Made by a program: the position numbers and the translations under genes. The notes under the pieces are model-generated. The model made no database searches and was not told where the DNA came from. It saw only the letters and a list, made by a program, of their open reading frames with translations. DNA of 33,621 nt, from positions 1 through 33,621 of the forward strand of contig JALAGF010006157.1 in NCBI GenBank assembly GCA_030167865.1, given 5' to 3'. Below are positions 19,519 to 28,992 of the stretch, in pieces. Each line of letters opens with the position of its first letter. Position 1 is the stretch's first letter. Source of the DNA: Craspedostauros australis (lineage: Eukaryota).

Positions 19519-21274
19519 CTACTGCGTAGGATTATGCAGCTTGGTGATGTCATCCTCGCGGGACATGATGTCGTCCACGTATCGTTTCAGCATGAGGTTG
19601 AGCTTCACGCTTGGATTGTTCCACGGGTTGATGTCGCCGTGGTCCAGCTGGCTGGCGGCGTGGTTCACATCGCGATGTTCTGCCTCGTCGGCACGCACGG
19701 CGTACATGAGGTCCAGGACGGTGCCCTCCTCTCCCAAATGCCAGTACGAGCGCGCGATGTTTGGTGCCGCCTCGTGCTTCCAGGCGGCCAGGTCGGAACC
19801 CTCTGGCGCCTTCTCGATGGCCTCGATGATTTTGGTGTACGTCACACAGGCTTCTTCCTCAATGTATCCCACGAAGCGGTGACAGAACTTGGGGCTCACC
19901 AAGTAGGAGAGGAAGAAGGCGCTGCCAAATCCAAATTGCGAGAAGATGACCGCGGCACGGAACACGGTGGACGGGTCCTTCATCTTGATGAACGAGAGGA
20001 GATGCATGCGTTCGTTGTTCGCCTCCTCGAGGAAGAGATGCAGCAGACCACCATCGCGCTTCATGGAACGCAGGCTCTTGAAGTGTCGGCAGATGGCGGC
20101 GACCATGCCTGGCACGGCGGCGATCGTCTCGAGGAAGATCACGCGGTACAGGATCTTGTCAGTCGTGATGGTCTTGTTGTTCCAGCCCGTGGCGGAGTCG
20201 AAGAAGAAGCGCACGACCTTCACTGCGTTCAAAGCCGCGTTGTCCAAGACGCCGGTCGGTTTTTCGTGCGTCAGCTTGATATCGAGATCTTCGGGAGTGT
20301 AGGATGCGTGGGATTTGCGGTAGATGTACTCCGCGCTGCAGTTGCCACCCAGGATGGGATGGCTGTTGGCACCGGATGCGGCATTGTCCAGTGCAATAAT
20401 GAAGTCCTGGTGGCTGACGCTGCCACCGGCCTTTCCGGCGTAGAAGAGCTCAGCGAATTCCACGATTTCCTCGTCTGTGAAGGCAGCATGATGCTTCTTG
20501 AGGAGGAGTTTGAGGTCGCCATGATCGAGTCTGACGTTGTTTTTGTTTTTGTTTTCGGTCGGGGTCATTGGGTCATAGACGGAAGTGGTGGAGTGAATGA
20601 AGGTGGCAACGCAGCGTCTGTGAGTCATTGCTCCAATGTGAAGGCAAATCAATGGACAATCGGGATACGGTACTCGCAGTACTGTGTGTGTGCGGACAGA
20701 TGGTCACACCTTGCTTCACCAAGGACGTTGCTCGTGCTCTTGCATTGATATGTTGTAATACCATGCATCATGTAATTGTAGAGTACTCGAAAGTGTGTGA
20801 CAGGTCGTACCTTCCATCCTTGTTGTCGTCCGCCTGTCGAAGCTCTGCTTCGATCTTCTTCACGACGGACATCTCCAACTGCTGCAGAGTGCGTGTGACC
20901 GTGCCGAGCTCCGGCGTTGGGGTCACGTCGTTGGAGGCATCGGTGGCCCCTGCCTTTGGTGGGGTGATGGCGGTGGAGAAACCACGCTTGGCGTCATCAA
21001 CCTCGTCCGTGGCCTTGGTGGAAAAGAAATTGTGCGGCACCTGCAGCAGCTGCTGCTTGTGGTTAGTATGACCCAGGAAGAAACCATTGTTGATTCCGTT
21101 CTGGAAAAGCGCTGGCCGAGCAATGCCCTGCTGCGAGAATGAAGACAATCCACTCTTCGCTGCAGTGGCGTTGGTCGAGAAGGAGACGTTGCCGATGTCA
21201 TGCAGCAATGCAGACACGAGCTTCTTGTTCGCCATCATCGACTTGGCATAGTGAGATCCGCGGTAGGTGATCAT
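19519..21274 (-). CDS. AOX: Mitochondrial alternative oxidase with N-terminal EF-hand region; two exons (21274-20811 and 20530-19519), about 491 aa
   Basis: Di-iron motifs LETIAAVPGMV, EEANNERMHLL, HRFVGYIEEEA and RADEAEHRDVNH. Exon 1 encodes a mitochondrial-type presequence. A phase-2 GT..AG join keeps the frame and gives ADDNKDGRLDHGDL. Confidence 0.93.
20531..20810 (-). other. Spliceosomal intron of AOX (280 nt)
   Basis: Donor AAG|GTACGA at 20810 and acceptor CGTCAG|ACTC at 20531. Removing it restores the frame and a recognisable EF-hand loop. Confidence 0.85.
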
Positions 21275-21563
21275 GATGTCTTGGCTTGATGTTGTTGTTG
21301 TTGTTGCTGATGCTTGGTACTGGGGGTTGGTTTTGTTTTGTTTTGTTTTGTGGGAATGCCGTCTCTTACGGTTTGATTTTATGCACTGACGATGCTCGTG
21401 TGAAGTGCAGAATGCCAACGACCTCGATGAACAGAAAGAGAGAGAGAAAGAGGTCGAGAGACAGACAGAGCAACAGAAAGGCCTGCAATGCTGCTTGGCG
21501 AAGAGGGAAACCCCAGAAAATGTGAAGCAAAAGCGAATCTTGCCAAAAAACCCATGAATGGCT

Positions 21564-21933
21564 ACGTCACGATCGGCGAACAACGAGGATCAAACTGATC
21601 AGCACACGAGCAGTGTCACGGCGAACGTGACAGACGTGCGACACAACGCTGTCCAATCAAATCGTTCCAATTCAGAACGCACCATTCTTGGCCCTTCCAT
21701 CTGGCTTCACAGGAGTGATAAGACGTCACATTCCCCAAACGTGCGGCGCATGTTGCCACGATCGTTTTCAGCCCATGGAGTCTGTCATACGTCAGAGATT
21801 GTCTCTGGTGTTCGATTGTTCCGCAAAGGCCTTTGATGCGTCACGAAAGAAACCCCGCTTATTTTGTTAATACGATAAATAATCATATCGCCGCTGCTTA
21901 TGCATTTGTTCCTTCTGCAAGAAAATGACGTCA
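21564..21933 (-). promoter_or_regulatory. Cluster of TGACGT (bZIP/CRE-type) motifs in the AOX-RPN6 divergent intergenic region
   Basis: ACGTCA at 21564-21569, 21723-21728 and 21789-21794, plus palindromic TGACGTCA at 21926-21933. Function is inferred only. Confidence 0.45.
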
Positions 21934-22452
21934 GTCTGTAATTTTCGAGGTGACTTTTCCTGTTGTATTCTTCTTTCTGGTTTTGGAAACGAACAGTCTC
22001 ATCAACATTTCTGTCTTTTATGGGACGAAAGATTCAGTATTTCATTTTCAGATGAGTCTTGTCAGTTGACTTCCGTGAATGAAAACGATATCAGAGTCGA
22101 GTCCAACAAGTCGAAGCCTGCGGGGTTCGATCTGATTCGAAAACGAAGAACAAAGGAAGGCCCGTGGCGAACGGCTCCACACAACGCGCAACACACAACA
22201 CACACATCTCCACTTTGATTCTGCCTCCGGAAATCCAAACGTATCGGCACGAAGGCCAACTGGAATGTTATCAGTGCCGAGAACCCTACACAGAACATCA
22301 AAGCAATCGACCTGCGAGTACTTGTATCGATCCATCAATCGGCATAGTAGTACCAACCAAACGACATCAGGACAAACCTGAGCAGAGAAGAAATAAATAG
22401 TGCCAAATACAGTGATCAATACAGCGCTCGCTCAACAACACGTACGGACACG

Positions 22453-23844
22453 ATGACCGACGCCATGGATGTCGATGAGAAGCCCACGGAGGCCGGTGCA
22501 GAGGTTGCCGCCACTTCACCAGATGAAGATGAGGAGGACGTTCAGGATCTGACCGATCTGATGGAGGAGGCCGATGGCACGACGGGCGCCGACTCCATCC
22601 CCGTGCTTCACAAGGTGATCGAGAGCGAGAAGGACGGCCCCAAGGCGCTGGGCCTGAAGGAACGTGCCGTGTACGATCTGGCCCGCGCATTCTGCGCCAC
22701 GGATCAGCACTCGCAGATCGTGAAGTTCCTGGAGACCGCACCGTTCTTCAAGACCGTCACGAAGGCCAAATGCGCCAAGATCGTGCGGCAGATGCTGGAG
22801 ATCGTCTCGTCGTTGGCGTCGAAGCAGTACAAGCTGCAGGAGGATCTGTGCGAGTCCATCATCCAGTGGTGCATCGCCGAGAAGCGCTCCTTCCTGCGGC
22901 AACGCGTGCAGGCCAAGCTGGCCAGCATCTGGTACGCCCAAGAGAAGTACGCCGACGCGCTCTCCCTGATCGACGATCTGCTGCGCGAGCTCAAGAAGCT
23001 GGATGACAAGCAGCTCCTCGTGGAGACGCATCTGCAGGAGAGCAAGATCCACTTCGCCCTGCGCAACCTCCCCAAGGCCAAGGCAGCGCTCACTGCCAGC
23101 CGCACGGCAGCCAACGCCATCTACGTCACGCCAACGCTGCAGGCGGACATGGACACCCTCAGCGGCACGCTCCACACGGAGGAGTCCGACTACAACACGG
23201 GCCATTCGTACTTCCTGGAGGCATTCGAGCAGCTCGATCAGATGAACGCGCCGGAGCAGGCCATCACCCCGCTCAAGTACATGATGCTTTGCAAGATCCT
23301 GGACGCGCTGACGAAGGCGCTGAAGCAGCGGGTGGACATCAAGAAGGAGACCGTGCTGGATGTTTCCGGCCTCATCACCAACCGCCAGGCGGTCAAGTAC
23401 GCCGGCCGCGACCTGGAGGCCTTGCAGGCCATCGCCAAGGCAGCATCGAAGCGCTCGTGGAAGGATCTGGACGAGACGCTCGAAACGTACAGCAAGGAGC
23501 TGCAGGAGGACCTGCTCATCCAGCACCATCTCAAGATCTTGCAGGAGCAGATGCTGGAGTCCAACCTGCTGCGCGTGCTGGAGCCGTACGAGTGCGTGGA
23601 GCTTGCGCACGTGGCGGAACTCATGGAGCTGCCGCTGCAAATGGTGGAGCGCAAGCTTTCCCAGATGATCCTGGACGGCAAGTTCCAGGGCATCCTGGAT
23701 CAGGGCAAGGGGCAGTTGATTGTGTACGAACCGTCGGCTTCGGACAAGGCCATGGAGCAGGGTCTGCAGGTGCTCGAGAACTTGGATCACGTTGTCACGA
23801 CTCTCTTTGACAGATCCACGGCGCTTCGAACGTTGGTGTTGTAA
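22453..23844 (+). CDS. RPN6: 26S proteasome regulatory lid subunit RPN6 (PSMD11)
   Basis: 463 aa. Motifs KAKCAKIVR, WCIAEKRSFLRQR, LLRELKKLDDKQLLVE, KAKAALTASRTAANAIY, YSFLEAFE-like HSYFLEAFE, and a PCI domain (VERKLSQMILDGKFQGILDQG). Confidence 0.97.
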   Translation: MTDAMDVDEKPTEAGAEVAATSPDEDEEDVQDLTDLMEEADGTTGADSIPVLHKVIESEKDGPKALGLKERAVYDLARAFCATDQHSQIVKFLETAPFFKTVTKAKCAKIVRQMLEIVSSLASKQYKLQEDLCESIIQWCIAEKRSFLRQRVQAKLASIWYAQEKYADALSLIDDLLRELKKLDDKQLLVETHLQESKIHFALRNLPKAKAALTASRTAANAIYVTPTLQADMDTLSGTLHTEESDYNTGHSYFLEAFEQLDQMNAPEQAITPLKYMMLCKILDALTKALKQRVDIKKETVLDVSGLITNRQAVKYAGRDLEALQAIAKAASKRSWKDLDETLETYSKELQEDLLIQHHLKILQEQMLESNLLRVLEPYECVELAHVAELMELPLQMVERKLSQMILDGKFQGILDQGKGQLIVYEPSASDKAMEQGLQVLENLDHVVTTLFDRSTALRTLVL

Positions 23845-23900
23845 ACGTACTCGGAGCATGGCACAGAACAGGAGCGAGCGAAGTGTGCATCCAATCCTGT

Positions 23901-23924
23901 GATTGATTGATTGATTGATTGATT
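23901..23924. repeat. (GATT)6 microsatellite downstream of RPN6
   Basis: Read directly from the sequence. Confidence 0.9.
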
Positions 23925-24519
23925 CCACCATTCCAAGAAGCTCATAAAACCAATACAGCATTCAACTATTGTGGGGTAGCTCGTCGAGCATGCACCGACG
24001 CTCCCTCTGCTCAGCACATTCAAATCGCTGTCGCTACCTACCGTACTAGTACACCGACAGTTGCATCTATTATGACCTATGTATTGACAAATCATCGTCT
24101 TGGTGTTGTGCCAGGCTCATCCTTGCGCGACATGTCCATTCATCTGTCCGTCGTCCGGTTCGGCAAGTCCCGGAGGGAACAACGACAACGCCAGCAACAG
24201 GCACCTCCCGACTCCACTTCAGTTCCAACTTCGACACAGACTGCACGAACAAGACAACAACCACAACAGGTCAGACATCGCGCAACCTCTTCACGCAACC
24301 ACATTCTCTTCACTCCCAGCAACTTCACTTCGCTGACAGGAAGTGGAGCGGTGCTCGTCACTGGCACGTTCACTGCTGCGTACGACTGTTACTGCAACTG
24401 ATAATACAACTGCCAATACAACTGCTGCACTGGCGTCGCTGATGCGATGTGCCCGGAGTGGCTGCTCTACCCCACTCTCCATTGGCTTGACATCGTACGA
24501 CTAGAGTATTAGTATTGAG

Positions 24520-25905
24520 ATGTCATGTCCATCACGGCAGAAGAAGAAAAACCCTTCCACACGATCACCGCTCTTCCTTTTGTCCGTCGTCATCGCATGT
24601 GTTGTGGCGTTCCAGTGGTGTCTGTCATGGTCGTTGATCGCCAACGATGGCCATGATGCAGCAAGCCACGGCATGATTGCGAGTACGAGAGACGGCACTC
24701 TCGCTCAGCAGCGTGGGCACCAACAGGAGCAATCATTGCGGCACCATGGCACGAACGCCCTTGAAATGGCACGATCACAAGGCTTCGACAAGAAGCATCC
24801 CCGCGCGCACAGTTCCCCGTCTGCGCCGATCACACCAATCTTGCCAATCGCTCCATCATTCGCAACAATACCAGCACGATCAGCAGTATCAGCGATACCA
24901 CCAGTATCTGCGACGCTACCAGGACTGCCGTCAATCGCCAACTTAACATTCGTGCACGTGGGCAAGACTGGAGGCGAGACCATCAAGTGGAGACTGCGCG
25001 TGATCTGCAATCAACGCAAGAGCCGGCGCAAGAAGGCGAGGTGCTTCGAGCAGTTTCAGGATGACGAGTCCCAGCTCTCCACGCACACGACGGGATACAT
25101 GCACTGCAACGCCGTGCGTCCGCGACATTGCAACGTCAACGCCACGGCCTACCTCATCAGCACGCGCGATCCCATCAGCCGCATTGTCAGCTGGTTCCAG
25201 TACATGCATCCCGACAACTGTCTCACGGAACGCCCGAGCGCGGCCTGCAATCTCAAGAAGAAGGAGACGGAGGGATACCAATGGGGGCAGGACTTCTTTC
25301 GCATCTGTTTCCCGACCGTCGATGACATGCTGCGGGCGTTGCGATCGTCGCAATCGCAAGTTCTTGTTGGGAATGATCGAAGCAATGAGAAGGAGGGTGG
25401 CGTCGATTGCACTCGCCTTGCCACCGCTGCGCTGCAGGGGAATGGCCCGGAGGGTCCGTCCAACCACCTGCACTTCAACTACAACTTCTACGCCAATCAC
25501 ACCATCCACTTATTCCCCAGCAAGCACATCCTCGTCATACGTCAAGAGCATCTGTGGGACGACATGCGAATGATCGAAACAATGCTCATCAACCATGCAT
25601 CCCAAGCGGCGAAACAATCCATGCCTCTGCCGGCAACATCCCACCGGTCCTTTGAAAACGAAGGCCCCGTCGTCACGCACGGCAGCGAATTGTTTCCGCA
25701 CAAGACCGCGTTGACGGCAACTCAGCTCTTGCCGGATCTCTGCTGCGTCATCTTGCAGGAGATTCAAGTGTACGTCCACATCATCCAGCGATCCAGCAAT
25801 CTGAATTCGCAGCAGAAGACGGACACAATCCAAACGACGCTGGACAAGTGCAAAATCAACAGCGTTGCGGCATTGGAGGATCGGTGTCAGCAGGATGGCA
25901 AGTGA
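24520..25905 (+). CDS. Type II membrane (Golgi-type) sulfotransferase-family protein
   Basis: 461 aa. N-terminal TM segment, Pro/Ala/Ser-rich stem, 5'-PSB-like FVHVGKTGGET and 3'-PB-like STRDPISRIVSWFQY motifs. Confidence 0.75.
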   Translation: MSCPSRQKKKNPSTRSPLFLLSVVIACVVAFQWCLSWSLIANDGHDAASHGMIASTRDGTLAQQRGHQQEQSLRHHGTNALEMARSQGFDKKHPRAHSSPSAPITPILPIAPSFATIPARSAVSAIPPVSATLPGLPSIANLTFVHVGKTGGETIKWRLRVICNQRKSRRKKARCFEQFQDDESQLSTHTTGYMHCNAVRPRHCNVNATAYLISTRDPISRIVSWFQYMHPDNCLTERPSAACNLKKKETEGYQWGQDFFRICFPTVDDMLRALRSSQSQVLVGNDRSNEKEGGVDCTRLATAALQGNGPEGPSNHLHFNYNFYANHTIHLFPSKHILVIRQEHLWDDMRMIETMLINHASQAAKQSMPLPATSHRSFENEGPVVTHGSELFPHKTALTATQLLPDLCCVILQEIQVYVHIIQRSSNLNSQQKTDTIQTTLDKCKINSVAALEDRCQQDGK

Positions 25906-26299
25906 TCGAGCGAGCGAGGTGCGCGCAAGGCGTGCACAAAATCGAGCGGGATTTCAGTACAAGTTGAATATTCGTGCAGGAGTTCCTGCGACATGCTCTC
26001 GATGGTACGGGTGCTTGCATTGAATGGCTGACCCGCCGCAGGCACTTGCAGATGCACTGACAGGATCAGGTTGCGACTCGGAGACAATGAGACGAGAAGG
26101 CGCACGCTCGGGCTGTACACTGGCGGCACAAGAACATTCGGTTTGCAAATGCGACAATCTCATCTTCAGGTACCATGGAGTACTCTGGTCTACGAGTACG
26201 AGCTCTATCTGTAACTGCGGCTTTAGTCTTCCTTACCCCATGTGCATCCCGAATCGTGCAGCCCGAATCGAATGGCCTCTTCCGTCACAAGCAAGATGA

Positions 26300-26857
26300 C
26301 TACTGACCAATCGCAACCGGTACGGAATGCTCATGCACTAGGGTGTCGATCCATGATCGGGCCTCGGCAACATCCGATGGGTTGTGCGACTCCTCCCCGA
26401 GCGACTCTATCCCGTCAACTTTCAATTCCATCGACGATGGATGGTGGAACCAATCGTTCGATCTCGGCAGCAGTTCCAGGCTATGCCCATCCACCATGCA
26501 ACGGCCGAACGACTCCGTCTCAATGCCATGATGTTCCGGTCGCATGCAGATGCAATGGAATTGACCATCGATCAGGACGACCAGCTTGCCGCCCAGTATG
26601 CCTTCCCAGCACGCTGTGACATCATGCGATCTTCCATCCCAATTCACTCTCCACGATCGTGCATCCTGAAAGACGCACGCTTGTCTGCGTCGTGATCGTC
26701 GCCGTGCATGCATCGAGGGTTGCTGTTCGGTGGACCGCGTTGATGATGACATCGGCGACTGCGGCAGTGACGGTGATGACGACAGCGATAGTGAAGACAT
26801 GGTCAGTGATGTAAATGATTGTTCGCTTTCGCAGCAGCTGTGATCGTCGTGCATCAT
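26300..26857 (-). CDS. Hypothetical protein (about 185 aa): Ser-rich N-terminus plus a small beta-rich domain loosely resembling FAIM1-type domains
   Basis: ATG at 26857 follows an A/C-rich leader like those of the other genes here. The pattern W.V.WDG.SH.V....GGK.VV.IDG....ELKVDG suggests a beta-sandwich. Not verified. Confidence 0.45.
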   Translation of the reverse strand: MMHDDHSCCESEQSFTSLTMSSLSLSSSPSLPQSPMSSSTRSTEQQPSMHARRRSRRRQACVFQDARSWRVNWDGRSHDVTACWEGILGGKLVVLIDGQFHCICMRPEHHGIETESFGRCMVDGHSLELLPRSNDWFHHPSSMELKVDGIESLGEESHNPSDVAEARSWIDTLVHEHSVPVAIGQ

Positions 26858-28354
26858 TGTGGCTCGTGCTTCGTTTTCTGTTGTTTCTCTGTATTTCCTA
26901 TTCTGGTTAACTTTTTGTGTGTGTCGGTTCTTGATTTGTGAGCTCCATCTGATACTTTCCAGTCGATGGACGTCCAGCCTCGCCACAAGCGGGCATCACA
27001 GGTGGGGTTGTCCTCGTTTTGTGATGCTTTGTGATGTCTGGTTTCATGGCAACTTCTCCATCTATCACGCTCGGGACTGACTGTTCTCCCAACAGGCGGG
27101 ATCGATCTCCCGAAATTCTCCGAAGAATCGCCATGATGCATCCATCGACTTCCCTCCCTCGCGCATGTTCCCGCCTCCACGCCAAGTAAATCCATCGAAG
27201 AGGCAAGAGGAGCGCGACACGAATGAGCTGTCGGCATCGCGGAGAGTCTCTCGCGTCCCACGAACGCATTCTTGTTGGTGGCGACCTCAATCCCATTCCA
27301 CAGGATCTCCGTGAAACTCGGGAGAGTTGTGATGTCGACCTTTCCGGCATGCCCGCTCACCCACGAGTACTGATGCTACCGCCACCTCTGGAGCCGGTTT
27401 CCACCAGTACCATCTCCAGGGAGCGAAAGCCACATTTCCTTGAGTGGCGACGATCAGAACCCACAAGGGGGAGACAAATCAAAGAACAAGAGAACAAGAG
27501 ATACACACGAAGACGGAGATCACCACTCTTCGGAAATGGCTCGCCTCCACACAACCGAGAACAAGAATCCAAGAAACAGAGGATCGCGGAAGAGGGAGAC
27601 ATCACCAACGACAACCAAGAGACGCGCTCACCACAACACAGCACGCTACGCGCACCATGGTTTTCGACCACCATGATGCTCGCTCAAGCACACTTCCCTC
27701 TACTCGTACGACTGTTGGTACAAACACCTCCGAGATGATGAGCGCGGTCTTCGCTGCTTCAATTCCGCCGCCTGAACAAGGCAGACACACGCGTTGCGCG
27801 GAGAAGTGCAGGTGATGGACGAGAGAGCTGAGGTCAGACCACGCATCATGTGGACGATGCGTACAATCTCTTGGCGTCGACTTCGGTTTCGCGTATCTTT
27901 CGACAGATGATGCCAATCCCCAAGTCGTCAAGTCGTCAAGATGGAGCACTGAGCAAGACTCTCACTCTGCGGTGAATTCGTCCTGAGACGCAGAAAGCAA
28001 CGGCTTGGCAGCGAAGCATCACATGGCACCAATGCACTGGGCATGAGACGCATGACATTGGATGCCGGAATAGTCGCCAACCCAGCCAAGTGGTTGGACC
28101 GCATTATGCCTCGCGTACTCCGCCGGCGGCGAGCGAACGCATCAAGCATCACCAAAGCGCAATTGGCGAGGCGCATGGTTCTTGCTTCGTTGCTTGGTTC
28201 ATCTGCTGCCCTAATGGCTGGCCCGAACAACAGAGCAAATGCTCACCTATCACAAGACACCACTGGTGAAGGTGACGAGTATGAGTGTGAATCCAGCAGA
28301 AGCTCCATGACGCTGGCTCCACGGCGCTCATATTCCATGCTCCTCGCGCACCTA

Positions 28355-28464
28355 CATTCACACTCACATTCACACTCACATTCACACTCACATTCACACT
28401 CACATTCACACTCACATTCACACTCACATTCACACTCACATTCACATTCACACTCACATTCACA
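28355..28464. repeat. 12-bp minisatellite (CACATTCACACT) x ~9
   Basis: Read directly from the sequence; nearly perfect, with one irregular unit near 28440. Confidence 0.95.
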
Positions 28465-28992
28465 ACCATCTCGTTTCCCCATCACACCAAAACGCCGTGC
28501 AACTGAACTTAACAATGATCGAGTGATTGTTTGATGTCATGGTAGTTCCGTTTGCGACACTCTCTTTGGCACGTGCAAACCAACGTTCGTTTTTCAATCA
28601 ACACAAGCGTTGGCGTTGACAGATGCATGACTCGGCATGTGCCATGCGGCATTGGATTGATAACTCGTCATCTCCTTGCACCACGACTACTCGTGCAGGT
28701 CTCGCTACATACGAGCCAGAAGGCCCTCTTGAAAAAGTAATATAGAGAATATCTGATTGGGATCTAATTGCTCAGACTTTGTCATCTGTACTACTCCACT
28801 CCACGATGCATTCGCTCCTCAAGAGCCGTTGCTGGAGCGAACTATAATACTTCACTCCTCTTCCTCGGCAGTGCTGTCCACCTCAATCACTTCGAATCAA
28901 TTGGTTCTCATAGTGCTGGTTCTCAGACAGCGGACGAAGCTCACCAATGTCGCCCGATCCATGTATGAATCCACTTGTGCTGTAGCCTCATC

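Noticed and set aside
19519..20652. 377-aa single-exon AOX as given by the ORF track
   Set aside because: Its N-terminal ~40 residues lie within the predicted intron. The spliced model supplies a targeting peptide and a complete EF-hand loop.
22516..23961. 481-aa antisense ORF over RPN6, and similar long antisense ORFs over AOX (19291-20748), TRAPPC11 and ORF1
   Set aside because: These are shadow ORFs expected from strongly biased codon usage on the coding strand, and they show no recognisable motifs.
27223..27738. ILVGGDLN motif resembling an AP-endonuclease GDxN motif
   Set aside because: It is an isolated short match with none of the other APE motifs nearby, so it is likely chance.
28043..28534. 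ORFs encoding (HS)n or (CE)n as metal-binding proteins
   Set aside because: The peptides come from a 12-bp minisatellite that is open in several frames on both strands, and the flanking translations are not protein-like.
28811..28841. 8-bp inverted repeat (TTCGCTCC...GGAGCGAA) as a Helitron 3' hairpin or terminator
   Set aside because: The stem is short with a 15-nt loop, there is no properly placed CTRR end, and such a match is compatible with chance.
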